Source: the human T2T-CHM13v2.0 reference genome, Homo sapiens. From it: a DNA stretch of 64,000 nt. Below are positions 40,930-57,449 of the stretch, piece by piece (the stretch's first letter is position 1; every line of letters starts with the position of its first letter). Both the position numbers and the translations under genes were made by a program. The notes beneath the pieces are model-generated. The model searched no databases. It saw only the letters and a list, made by a program, of their open reading frames with translations, and had not been told where the DNA came from. The stretch lies in NCBI RefSeq assembly GCF_009914755.1, contig NC_060947.1; one strand, given 5' to 3'.

Positions 40930-43900
40930 AGTCCACCCCTTATCTACTTGAACCCATACACATCTCCTGAGATCATACATAATCTTCAAATAAAGACAAT
41001 AATGTCATAATTACACCTAACATAATACAACTATCCTTCATACAACCAGAAATGCACCAATTCCCAACCCAAATAATATCATATAAAGTTAACAATACTT
41101 AAATGCTAATGTAAAGTTAATAAATCTCAAGTCACATGAAAAAGGAGAAAGGAAATAAAATGAAGATATTTTATTGGTACAAGTGTATACATGCACAAAC
41201 ATGTTTTTCACAAAAGAAGGGGGAAATATTCATGACAGTTACAGTCCTCGTTTCTGTAGCTGGTCACATCATTGTAGGTGGTATTGAAGACCACCTTCTT
41301 CTAATACCCATTCTGTATTCCCTTTGCCTTCAGCCAGCACCTCAGAAGGTCGTGGGTGTTTGTTGTTGTCATTGTTGTTGTTATTTTGTTTTGTTTCTTT
41401 TTTTTCTGGTGGAGTAACCCAAACTTTCATTCATGATGGGTCTGGCCATTTGTAGTCCTGCCTGGATTGGGCTGTTGTATTTTCCCATTGACCTTAATCA
41501 CAGGGCATGGTAATACTAAGAGATGCCCTAATGGATCTCCTGTATTCCATGCGTACTCTTCTTTACCTGCCTTATGGAGTAGTAGACTGATTTCATCTTG
41601 ATAGCCTGGGTCAATCACCCCAGCCAACACTGTAGCTCCCATCTTAGCCTGTTGACTTAAAGATAGGAGGAGCCCAAAGTTTACAGCTGACAATTTTAAC
41701 TTCTAGTTTAATGGAATTGTTGTTGTGTCTCCTGGTGGCAGCATTCATCCCTCTGGATCTAAGACCTCTAGGCCAGCAGAATGTAATGTCACAGGAACAG
41801 AAAGCAAAAATTTTGCTAATGGATCACTAGGGGTGATGGTGAGTGGTACCACTTCCACTTCCACCCCTTGATTCCTGGACCCATGAATCTGGCTATGGGA
41901 GAAACAGTACCATATATTGGACACTTATTCAGAGCATGCACAGCCCTCTGGAGAACTTTGCCCCAGCCCTGCAAAGTATTGTGACCTAGTTGGTGTTGTA
42001 ATTGTGACTTCAAAAGGCCATTCCACTGTTCTATCAATCCTGCTGCTTCAGGATGATGGAGAACATGGTGACACCAATGAATTCTATGAGCCCACCGCCG
42101 CACTGCTTTAGCTGTAAAGTGAATGCCTTGGTCAGAGGCAATGCTGTGTGGAATACCATGACCACAGAGAAGGCATTCCATGAGTCCACAGATGGTAGTC
42201 TTGGCAGAAGCACTGCGTGCAGGATAGGCAAACCCATATCTGGAGTAAGTGTCTATTCCAGTGAGGACAAACCTCTGCCATTTCATGATGAAAGAGGTCC
42301 AATATAATCAACCTACCACCAGGTAGCTGGCTGATCACCCCGAGGAACGTTGCCATATTGAGGGCTCAGTGTTGGTCTCTGCTGCTGGCTAATTGAGTAC
42401 CCAGCAGTGGCTGCAGCCAAGTCAACCTACAAAAGTGGACTTCCATTTTGCTGAGCCCATGTGTAACCTCCATCCCTGCCACCATGGCCACTTTGTTGAT
42501 GAGCCCACTGGGCAATGACAGGGGTGGCTGGGGAAAGAGGCTGAGTGGTGTCCACAGAATGGGTCATCCTATCCACTTGATTATTAAGATCCTCCTCTGC
42601 TGAGATCACCCTTTGGTGAGCACTCACATGGGATACAAACATCTTCAGTTTTTGACAGCTCAGAGAGGTCTATCCATATAGCTCTTCCCAAAATTTCTTT
42701 GTCACCAATTTTTCAATCATGCTTCTTCAAAGTCCCTGGCCAACCAGCCAAAGCATTGGCTACAGCCCATGAATCAGTATATATTTGCACATCTAGCCAC
42801 TTCTCCTTCCATGCAAAGTGCACAACCAGGTGAACTGCTTGAAGTTATGCCCACTGGGAAGATTTCCCTTAACCACCATTCTTCAGGGATGTCCTAGAAA
42901 GAGACCGTAGTGTTGCAGCTGTTCACTTTTGGGTGGTGCCTGCATATCATGCAGAACCATCTGTGAACCAGGCCCTAGTATTCTCTTCCTCTGTCAATTA
43001 ATCCTAGGGAACTCCCCAAGAGGCCATTGTTGCAGGCTGTGGGAGAGAAGGCAGGGTACCAGGAGTGGAGACCATGGGCATTTGAGCCACTTCCTCATGT
43101 AACTTACTTGTGCCTTCAGGACCTGCTTGAGCCCTATCACATATATGCCACTTCCATTTGATGATGGAATGCTGCATTATATTGGACCTCTTTCATCATG
43201 AAAAAGGCAGAGGTTTGTCCTCACTGGAATAGACACTTACTCCGGATATGGGTTTGCCTATCCTGCATGCAGTGCTTCTGCCAATCTACTTTATGCATAA
43301 CCTACTTTATGGCTAGATGGGTCAGAAAGTGCCCAGTTCATGATAAGCAGTTCAAGTTGCATGGTGACTTGATGATCCATAGTCAAACATTCAGTTTCCA
43401 CCAAAGCCCAGTAACAGGCCAAAAGCTGTCTCTCAAAAGAGTAGTTATCTGCAATAGCAGTTATCAGATGATGCCAGGGCCTTGCTCCAAAATCCTAGAG
43501 GCCTCCACTGTGATTCACCAATGGAGGCCTCCAAAGGCTCCAGACAGCATCCCTATCTGCCACTAACACCTAAAGCACCATTGGATCTGCTGGGTCATGT
43601 GTCCCAAGTGGCAGAGCAGCTTGTACAGCAGCCTGAACCTGTTGCAGAGCCTTCTCCTGTTCTGGGGCCCACTCAAAACTGGAAGCCTTTTAGGTCACTC
43701 GATAAATGGGCCAGAGTAACACACCAAAATGAGGAATGTGTTGCCTCCAAAATCCAAATAGGCCCACTAGGCATTGTGTCTCTTTCTTGGTTGTAGGAGG
43801 GGCCAAATGCAGCAACTTATCCTTCACCTTAGAATGAATACCTCAACAGGCTCCACAACAGTAGACCCCTAGAAATTTTACTGAGGTAAAAGGTCCCTGA

Positions 43901-46805
43901 ATTTTAGTCAGATTTATTTCCCATCCTCTGACACACAAATGTCTCACCAATAAGTCCAGTGTGTTTGCTACTTCTTGCTCACTGGATCCAATCAGCATAA
44001 TGTCATAAATGTAATGGACCAGTGTGGCATCTCAGAAGTGAAAAGCAATCAAGTTCTCTTTGAATAAGATTATGGCACAAAGCCGGAGAGCTGATATACC
44101 CCTGAGGTAGGACAGTAAAAGTATACTGCTGGCCTTGCCAGCTGAAGACAAATTAGCTCTGGTGGGCCTTATGGACAGGAACAGAGCGAAAGGCATTTGC
44201 CAAGTCAATGGCTGTATACCAGGTACCCAGAGATGTGTTAATTTGCTCAAGCAATGAAACCACCTCTGGTACAACAGCTGCAATTGGAGTCACCACTTGG
44301 TTAAACTTATGATAATCCACTGTCATTCTCCAAGATCTATCTGTCTTCTTCACAGGCCAAATGGGAAGGTTGAATGGGGATGTGGTGGGAGTCACCAACA
44401 CTGCATTTTTCAAGTTGTTGATGGTGGCACTAACCTCCGCAATCCCTCCAGGGATGCAATATTGTTTTTTATTTACTATTTTTCTAGGTAGAGCCAGCTC
44501 TAATGGCTTCAATTTGGCCTTTCCCACCATAATAGCACTCACCTAACCAGTCAGGGAGCTAATGTGGGGGTTCTGCAAGCTGCTAAGTATGTCTATGCCA
44601 ATTATGCATTCTGGCACTGGGGAAATGACCACAGGATGAGTCCCGAGACCCACTGGACCCACTGTCAGTCGGACTTAAGCTAAAACTCTGTAATTACCTG
44701 ACCTCCATAAGCCCCTACTTTAACTGGAAGACCACAATGATGTTTTGGGTCCCCTGGGATCAACATCACCTCAGTGCCAGTGTCCAGTAGTCCCTGAAAT
44801 ATCTGATTATTTCCCTTTCTCCAACGCACAGTTACTCTGGTAAAAGGCCGGAGGTCTCCTGGGGAAGGATGGGAGAAAGATTCACTGCATAAATTGGCAG
44901 TAATGTTGTGGCATCCTTCCTCAAGGGGACCCAGCCTCTCCTTCACTCAAGAGGTTCTGGACTGTAAACTGGCTCAAGCCTGGAAATTGATTGAGGGGCC
45001 ATGATTCTCTCTTTTTATAATTCAAATTAGTCTTTTGTCCATTCGACCTAGAAGTTGTCTGCTTGTATATATTAAGTAGAAATGCAGTAGGCTTCCTATA
45101 AATTTCACTTCTAGGAACACCGTAATTAATTAGACAATGCTAGAGCTCTACACAAGTCAGACTATTCTGATTGTTGCTTTGCCTCTGCTGTCAATTATGG
45201 TAGCTATGCCCACCTCACCTTTGATGGTTAAGTGCCACCACTCGGCTCCTGCCACCTCAGGATCCAATTATTCCCATGGTATTTAAATTTTGTAGTTGAG
45301 TGACTGCAGTTCCCACTGTTAGATCTGACATATGGAGAAGAGCAATTACAAGGCTCTTCAAAGATGCAGGTGCTGCCCTCGCAAAATCTATTTCACAAGG
45401 CCTTGGTCATGGGTATATTTTCTGGGTCCTCCCGGCTGGGATGACTAGGTCTAAAGTGACTAATCCACTCCACCATCCCAATCTCCCTAAGGCTTTGGAT
45501 CCCTTCCTCTATATTAAACCAAGGGATATCAGGCATTTCTAGCTGGCTCACAGTGGGCTATCTTTTAATCGATATTTCAGCTAACCAAGCAAATAAGCTA
45601 TTAGAACCTTTTTTTTAAGCTCCTCAAGCTGCAACATTAAATACAGAGTTCCTACTTAGTGGGCCCAAATCAATAAATTCAGCCTGATCCAACTCTATTT
45701 TCCTTCCACCATTATCCCACACCCTTAATATCCATTACCATGCCTGTTCTCCAGATTTCTGTTTATACAAATTAGGAAACTCAAGCAGTTCTTTTCAAGT
45801 GTAATGCACCTCCTTATGGGTCACACTTTCAACCTCACCTCTAGGGGCCTGCTGGGATATTAATCTAGTTATAGGTCTAGAAGCAAACAGGGGTGTTGGG
45901 GGTGGCTTCTGAGGAGAATCAACATTATCTTGACTGGCAACTGCCTCAGGGGAGGCCATCACTGTTGCCTCAGGGAGCACAGGTTTATGTCCTCAGACAA
46001 AGGTGGAAGGGCTGATGGCAGCATGGGTATGGGAGGGTATGTTGCCACTACCGTAGATGGGAAAGCTGTTTCTTCTGGCAAAGAAAGCTTAATCAGAGTT
46101 TACGTGCTCAGTGTCCTAAGCTTCATCAGGGTCCTCCTGCATGTCCCCGTTCCAAGCTGCAAGGTCCCATTATTTTCCAAACGATGCCCTCACTTTAACA
46201 GTAGACACCTGACAAGGCTGTGCATGCACCTTTCATTGCAGGTCAGCCACTTGCATGATAAGAGCTTGTGTCTGCTTTTACACAATTTTAGCTCTTTCTC
46301 TATGGGAGATAAGACTCTCACTCAGGGCAGTCTTGGCAGATTTGAGGCTCAGAATCTGCTTCTGAAGCTGAGAGATAGAATCCCTAAGTTCATCATTTTC
46401 ATTCATCCCTTTGTCCACTGAGGAGTAACCAACCAGCTTCTATATGTTCCTTGGTTCTCCACATATGGTCAAAGGTATTAAGTACAGGGTCACTAAACTC
46501 CTTGCCTCTCACAAGTGATGAATCAGGACTATCAAATGCATTTATTTTGCATAACTCTCTAAACCGTTCATGCTAAAGACTATCAGTGCTCTCTATATTA
46601 TTAGAAGTTGGGTCCTTAGCATTTCTGTAAACAGTTCATGCCAAAGACTATCAGTGTTCTCCATACTATGAGAAGTAGAGTCCTTAACATTTCTGGGTCT
46701 ATTCATATTATTAAGCAGCCAACTCCAGAAACCCCAAAGTTAATGAAAGAACCCCATACTTAATAATCTGCTCCTTTAGAACCACCTCACTTCTGGTACC
46801 AAACT

Positions 46806-47360
46806 TGTGTTAGTCAGGGTTCGCTAGAGGAACAGAACTAATGGAATATATGTGTATGTGTGTGTGTATGTGTGTGTATATATATATATATATATTCCAT
46901 ATGTATAATGGAATATATATATATACACGTATTCCATATGTATAATGGAATATATATCATATATATGTATATATATGAATTTATTGAGTATTAACTCACA
47001 TGATCACAAGGTCCCACAATAGGCTGTCTGCAGGCTGGGGAGCAAGGAGATCCAGTCTGGGTTCCAAAACTGAAGAACTTGGAGTCCAATATTCGAGGGC
47101 AGGAAGCATCCAGCATGGGAAAAAGATGTAGGGTGGGAGGCTACGCCATTCTCTGTTTGCACATTTTTCTGCCTGCTTATATTCTAGTCTCACTGGCAGC
47201 TGACTAGATTGTGCCCAGCCAGATTAAGGGTAGGTCTGCCTTTTCCAGCCCACAGACTCAAATATTAACCTCCTTTGGAAACACCCTCACAGACAGACCC
47301 AGGATCAATATTTTACATCCTTCAATCCAATCAAGTTGACACTCAGTATTAACCATCACA
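46806..47360 (-). mobile_element. MLT2A-type 5' LTR of HERVL with internal (TG)n(TA)n tract
   Basis: Homologous to 40478-40929; PBS-like 'tggtaccagaagtg' adjoins it on the - strand. Confidence 0.93.
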
Positions 47361-49648
47361 CATGGTCATACTATTGACCTTAGTTTTACAATATCTGCAA
47401 TCACTCCTTAATTTCAATTGTAAACATTCAACTGCTAAACTACCACTCTTATGTTTCCAGCCAACCTCTTTTGCTACCTTGACAGAGATAATTTTTCCAC
47501 TAAACTAAGACCTGTAATCATTGATCCTAAAGCTTTTCACTTGTTCTTACTCCCTCTATATCCTCCTTTCCATCTTGATGCAGCTTCAATTTAAAAGTCA
47601 GTTAATGTAATGAATTTTGTGCACATATCCTACTGTATCTCCTCTAGCTCCCCATGCTTCTCTCAATTCACTTTACCCACCTAGTGAGACTAGAACCTTA
47701 GTTAAATAAAATCCTCCAGCTGCTTATCTTTGCACCCCTGCATCTGAACATTTCTGTAGAAAACACAAAACCACACTGAATCTTCACATTTAATTCATGA
47801 CCACTAACTTCAAACAGAACCTTAATCCTGACTAGCTTTCATGCTGTATTTCCCTAGCTCACCCGCTCTCCCCCACTTCTAGCTGACTATTATATCCTTG
47901 CTCCTATTTCTTTAAATCTCTAGCACCACTTTTTTCATCCTTGTTCTCAGACAATAAGCGTGTTTCCTGTTTTCTTTTCCATTGAGAAAACTGAATTACC
48001 AAATGAGAACTCCCATACTTTCTCACCACTACTTTTACCTACCTGCCTGTACCTGTATTTTTATATTCTATTTCCCTTCCATTTCTATGAATGGCTTCCC
48101 ATGCTCCTAGCCAAGGCCTATGCCTCTCTCCCTGTGAATAAAATCCTATCAGCATTCCACAACTCAAAGGCATTTTTCCAGACACCCTCCCTATTTTCAC
48201 CATTAAATTTTGCTTCTTTGCTGAATAATTCCCAGCAGGAAACAAGTCATTACTTCTCCCATGACACACAAAAATATCTCAAACCTATTTCCCTTTCAGC
48301 TACCACATTGCATCTCTCTTTTACTTTACAGGAAAAAGAAAAAAACCTAAAGAATTATCTGTACTTCCTTGATTTATCTTCTCCCATTCCCTCTTGAACT
48401 CACTGGGTTTTCACAAAGCTATCCACAGAAACTGATCCCCTCATAGTTGCTAATTATCTCATACGGAATTTATCTGTCCTCTCATTTGGTCTCTCAGCAG
48501 CATTTGTCAGAATTTATCTTTCTCTCCACCTTAAAATATTTTGTCACTCCACTTTCAGGTTAGTACAGTCACTTGGTTTTCCTCCTATCTTTCTGACTAT
48601 TCCTTCTTAATATCTTTTGTTAGTTTCTCCTATCTGCAGCCTAAAAACATGTGTTGCCCTAAAGTTCAGTCGTCCTTTCCATTTATACTTGCTTCCTTGG
48701 TGATCTCAAGTCTCAAGGCTTTAATTATCATCTACACGCGATAACTCCAAAATCCTTATGCCCAAGTCAGACTCTTACATGAACTCCAGACTTGTACATC
48801 CAAATGTTTATTGGATATCTTCACTTGGTTGCCTAACGGTCACTGTGACCATTAGAACACATCTGATCTGTGTTCACAACATTCTTCCCCCAAAGCTTTT
48901 TCTTCCGGAAGTCTTCCCCCATCTGAGTTAATTTTAGTTATTTTTGTCAAAAATGTTGTTTTTACCTATGATTTTTCACATTCTCCCACACTTCACCTCT
49001 TTTCCATCAGTATATTCTGTTGGCACTAATATCAAAATATATCCAAAATTTGACATTTCCACTACTTCACTGCCACCACCTTGGTCTAAGTCATCATCAT
49101 GTCTTTCTTGAATTAATACAATTGATCATTCTGCTTCTGTTCTTGCTCTCTTATAGCTATTTTCTCCACACAGCACAGAGTGATCCTGTGAAAACTGGTC
49201 AGATAATGTCGCTCCTCTTCTCAAAATCCTCCCATGGCTTTCCACAGTAAGTTAAAGTTCCTACTATGGCAATCAAAACTACACAACTGTCTTTCCTTTC
49301 CTCTCTGACATTATCTCCTACTACTCTTCCTTAGGTTTCTCCAAAGAGAACCTCCTCACTGTTACTTTCACATATCTGGCATGCTCCTGGCTCAAGGGCT
49401 TTCATTCATATATATAACTAATTATATCTGGAATGTTCTTCCTCCAGAGAGCAGCATGGTTTACTCCCTTACTTTACCTCTAAGCACATATATCTCTGAA
49501 TCAGTAACTCCATCTGAAACGTACAATCTACCACACTATTTCTAATTATTGTTCCCAGCTTTATTTTTTCCTTATCTTTTATCATTCTTTAACACATTGT
49601 TTTATTTATTTATACTGCTTTGTGTCTTTTCAAGCAGAATGTAAGTGA

Positions 49649-49689
<41 letters not shown>

Positions 49690-51353
49690 CTATTGTTTCT
49701 CTGAGCCTAGAACAGCGTTGGGAAATAATGGGTTCTCATTTATTGAATAAAAACATTAATGTAGATATTATTTATTACTCTTTATTTCCTTTCCCCATTC
49801 TTTTTGTTTATTTTCATAGACTGACCTTTATACTGATCTTAGAACATGCAGGTCTGTGTTCTTTGTCTATCAACTTATGTATTTTATTTTCTTTCAATGG
49901 AATGCATTCCAAGAGAATTTCCTGCTTTAAGCTTCTGGTTTACCAATGCACTGATTTGCTCTTGCTCTCCTATTGAGCAAATTCATTGATTATTTTAAAA
50001 ATTGATAATTATATTTTTAAGAGCTTAAACCTTGAATTCATGAGGTTATTTGTTCTTATCCTATTTCAAAAATTATGGACCATCACAGAAACTTTGTTTT
50101 AGAAGTTCTACCTCTGATTACAAAATATTCCACATAAAAATATGTATCGATATTTGCTTAACCCAAACTCCCATATTAATTAATATTAAAGAATGAATCA
50201 TCTTTTAACAATAATGCACTAGATGTAAGTAAAGCTGAAGACTAAGGGGTCAATACATTGAAATAACACCTTTGAATAAGGAGATTCAAGAGCCATTTTA
50301 ACTTTCCTCCAACACAAAGATAAAGTATTTCAGGCAGAAGGAGTTTCTAGTTGATATTTTTTTTCTAAAAAGAAATAGGGGAAAAATCTGTATCTTTAAA
50401 GACTTTAAACCTTGGTGCTATCATGGGGTTTAGATAAAACTGAGATAGAAAATGAAAAGAGTTGAGGTCAGTCAATGGTTTGTTCCTTTCAAACAAAGAA
50501 TTCTAATCTTAAAATTACCAGATTCCAGAAAGAAATGTTCTGTTATATAAGCTGGAAGAGAAATCAAAAGCACCACATCCATGACAGCATAGGTCAAGAA
50601 AATATAAAGACTCAAAACTTTAAACAAAATTTCAAACCCAGCAAGAACAAATTTGGGTTTAAAATCTAGAACTAATCTGACAATTGACATCAGTGAGGAA
50701 GAAGAAACGTTTCTTGCTACTAGGAGATTTTATTAGATTCTTTTAATAAGCGTTCACTTGCCCTTTATATACTCTGATTTAGTTCTCTAAATTTTTACTG
50801 TGGCATTTTGTCATTTTTATATAGCCTCAAAGAAGAGCCTGGAATTAATATTAATTTTGAATATTAAATATGCATATTTCAATTTTTTTAACTTTCTATT
50901 TTTTCTTAAGGGAATAATTATCACTCACTTTGCCAGTGATATATTATAAGAAATTATAATAAACACAAGTTGCATTTTATATTAATTTATGTGAGATTGA
51001 AACTAATCATGTAAGTTTCTTTCTTGTCCTTTTTTGTTGCATTTTTATTTTTTTATTTTTTATTTCTTTCATTTTAAGTTCAGGGGTGTAAGTTTCTATA
51101 ATTAGTCCACTCTTTCTTGTTCTAAATTATCTACAACTGATAATCTCCATAATGATATTCAGAAAATAAATATACTTTATTTCTTAATTTTTTTAGTTAA
51201 AATAATTTATTAATAACATGCTAGAATAGCATCTCAATGAGCAAATGCAGAACAAGTTCAGATCATAAGAATATAATTTAGACATGTAGCATCAGATGTT
51301 GACAATATATTTTTAAATTGTGGTAATAAAAGAAACCCAAATTTTAGGACAGT

Positions 51354-51766
51354 AGCTATACTAATTAGTATACTAATTAAGTATACTAATTAAGCTATAC
51401 TTAATTAGTATAAGCTATACTAATTAATTAGTATAAGCTATACTAATTAATTAGTATAAGCTATACTAATTAATTAGTATAAGCTATACTAATTAATTAG
51501 TATAAGCTATACTAATTAATTAGTATAAGCTATACTAATTAATTAGTATAAGCTATACTAATTAATTAGTATAAGCTAATACTAATTAATTAGTATAAGC
51601 TATACTAATTAATTAGTATAAGCTATATTAATTAATTAGTATAAGCTATATTAATTAGTATAAGCTATACTAATTAGTATAAGCTATACTAATTAGTATA
51701 GCTTATACTAATTAATTAGTATAAGCTATACTAATTAATTAGTATACTAATTAAGCTATACTTAAT
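51354..51766. repeat. AT-rich minisatellite, 23-bp unit AGCTATACTAATTAATTAGTATA (20-bp perfect palindrome plus AGC)
   Basis: Seven consecutive perfect units 51413-51573, then 24-, 23- and 19-bp variants. Confidence 0.97.
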
Positions 51767-52109
51767 ATTTTATATATAATTGTGAGACATTATTCACATC
51801 ACTGTTCAGTTTTGAGAACACTTATCTTTGCCCTAGATTTATTTTTCATTTAATTACTGTTCTAAAAATAGTACTCTACTTTATTTAAAAATATGCAATG
51901 AGATGTATTCATTTAATATAGTATAAACTCAAAAATAGTAAGAATTTTTTTTAAAAAAGAGTATTCAAGGTACTTTCATTTGAAGGCAATTCTACAACTA
52001 TGGCTATCATTTAGTAAATACCTAGAAAAGTTGATGCTAGTTAAGTATCTTTTCACAATTAATTACATCAGGCTTTATAAAATATCATGGTTTATATTCT
52101 ACTTTTATT

Positions 52110-56112
<4,003 letters not shown>

Positions 56113-56242
56113 AACCAGAAATCCTGAGAGGACCCACAGACCCTCTGAAGGAAGTGGACTGCTCCTGCAGGACCCGAGAGACACCCCAAATACTGTGAGT
56201 GCCCCAATTGCAAAAGTGGGAAAGGGAGAACCTCCTCTCCTG

Positions 56243-56277
<35 letters not shown>

Positions 56278-56788
56278 GAGAAGGTGAAGGTCTGTTTGCA
56301 GGAGAAGTTTCCGACTTTATCTGGAGCTGAGTCAGTTTAGAGTGCCAAGTGAAAAACAGGGGTAGAGGGAGCAGCAGAAAGGCCCTGGGACCTTGCTGGG
56401 TCCCCTAGCAGGCCATTCTTGCCTAGCACCACAGGGATCTATCGGAAGGGTGGCTAGAGGAGCAGGGGATACAACTTCACAGGGAGAAGGAAATCTCCAG
56501 CTGAACTTTGCAACAATTTGAACAGGGCAAGGAGCCTCCTGGCCAGAACTCAAGGTAGGGCGCAAATCTGGTGTGCAGACTCCACAGGCGGGGGAGGAAC
56601 CAAGCCCTTTTCTTCTGGAGTTGGGAGGCGGGTACCCTGGGGCAAGTTTTCAAGCCTGACTCACCCTCTGCCTGCAAACAGACTTGGGGCTGTTGGAGGG
56701 GGCACGGTGGGAGTGAGACCTGCCCTTCGGTTGGCATGGGAGCTGGGTGAGGCCTTTGACTGCTGGCTTTCCCCCACTTCCCTGACAA
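56113..56788 (+). mobile_element. Isolated L1PB-type 5'UTR fragment with (CA)n
   Basis: Homologous to ~5000-5670 ('cccacagaccctctgaaggaag', 'ggcacggtgggagtgagacc'). Confidence 0.85.
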
Positions 56789-57089
56789 TGCCACACCTTA
56801 AAATTTTGGCAAACATATGAAGAATTTTCAGGATTTATCACTGTGTTACCTAATCCCTGAGGATTCTACAAGAGTGTAATGCTATACCTCTGTAGCATAT
56901 ATAGCTAGGATGATGGTAATATTTTACTTGAAAAGTAGATATACACTATATTACACTATAGCTGAAAAACTACTGAATTAGCAAAATTTTAATAGCTTTA
57001 TCCACTATTCTTCCAGTTAAAACGAATTCACCATCCAATGGAGAAGACTCATTTAGGGTAGGAACAATGGTCTGTAGAGTCTGCCTTCA

Positions 57090-57440
57090 CAATGTCCCCT
57101 CCTACTACAACCACTTGGTTCAGTTCCTTGTCACTTGATGACTATACCACTATAATTGTCTCCTTACTGTCTCATATACCATGCTGATATATCCCATGCA
57201 CTGTCAACGGATGAATCTTCCTAGAGTAAAATTGTAATCACATCACTCTACTGTCCAAAAATCTGGAAAGATGTCCTAGTACTTAGAAATAAAGGAAATA
57301 TCTTACCGTGGTAGTCAAATCCCTTCACAGTATAGCCTCAAATAGTTTTCCAGCCTTACCTCAAATCTTTCCTGTATTTTATGTCCTACCTAACGTGGAA
57401 CTTTTGTTTCTACCTTTCTCATAGCATTTGCTTGCACTTA
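57090..57440 (+). mobile_element. L2 fragment
   Basis: 'atcttcctagagtaaaattgtaatcacatcactctactgtccaaaa', 'ccttcacagtatagcctca'. Confidence 0.55.
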
Positions 57441-57449
57441 AGAAATACT

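Larger units (their letters stand above)
40478..47360 (-). mobile_element. Complete HERVL provirus (gag-pro-pol-dUTPase, no env), decayed
   Basis: Two homologous LTRs; TSD CATGG at 40473-40477 and 47361-47365; protease LLDTG (44680-44946), RT WRMTVDY and IDLANAF (44153-44542), integrase GIDT/SDQG/GLIEQWN (41816-42286), dUTPase GVIDPGYQDEI (41427-41693). Confidence 0.95.
40260..49750 (+). mobile_element. Long L2 element (~2.6 kb net) interrupted by the HERVL provirus
   Basis: L2 sequence continues across the insertion ('cacatgg|tcatactattgacctt'); L2 motifs 47365-49750 ('tctcagcagcatttg', 'gaactccagacttgtacatcc', 'ctccacacagcacagagtgatc'). Confidence 0.75.

Noticed and set aside
41427-46421. 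Domesticated retroviral gene (gag, pol or dUTPase)
   Set aside because: All domains are broken by stops or frameshifts, the RT catalytic motif is mutated, and no long ORF survives
47960-49976. Hydrophobic ORFs of 67-145 aa resembling membrane proteins
   Set aside because: T/C-rich L2 and low-complexity sequence produce F/L/S-rich chance frames
51354-51766. CRISPR-like array of palindromic repeats
   Set aside because: No unique spacers (only a constant 3-nt AGC), no cas genes, and primate context; it is a minisatellite
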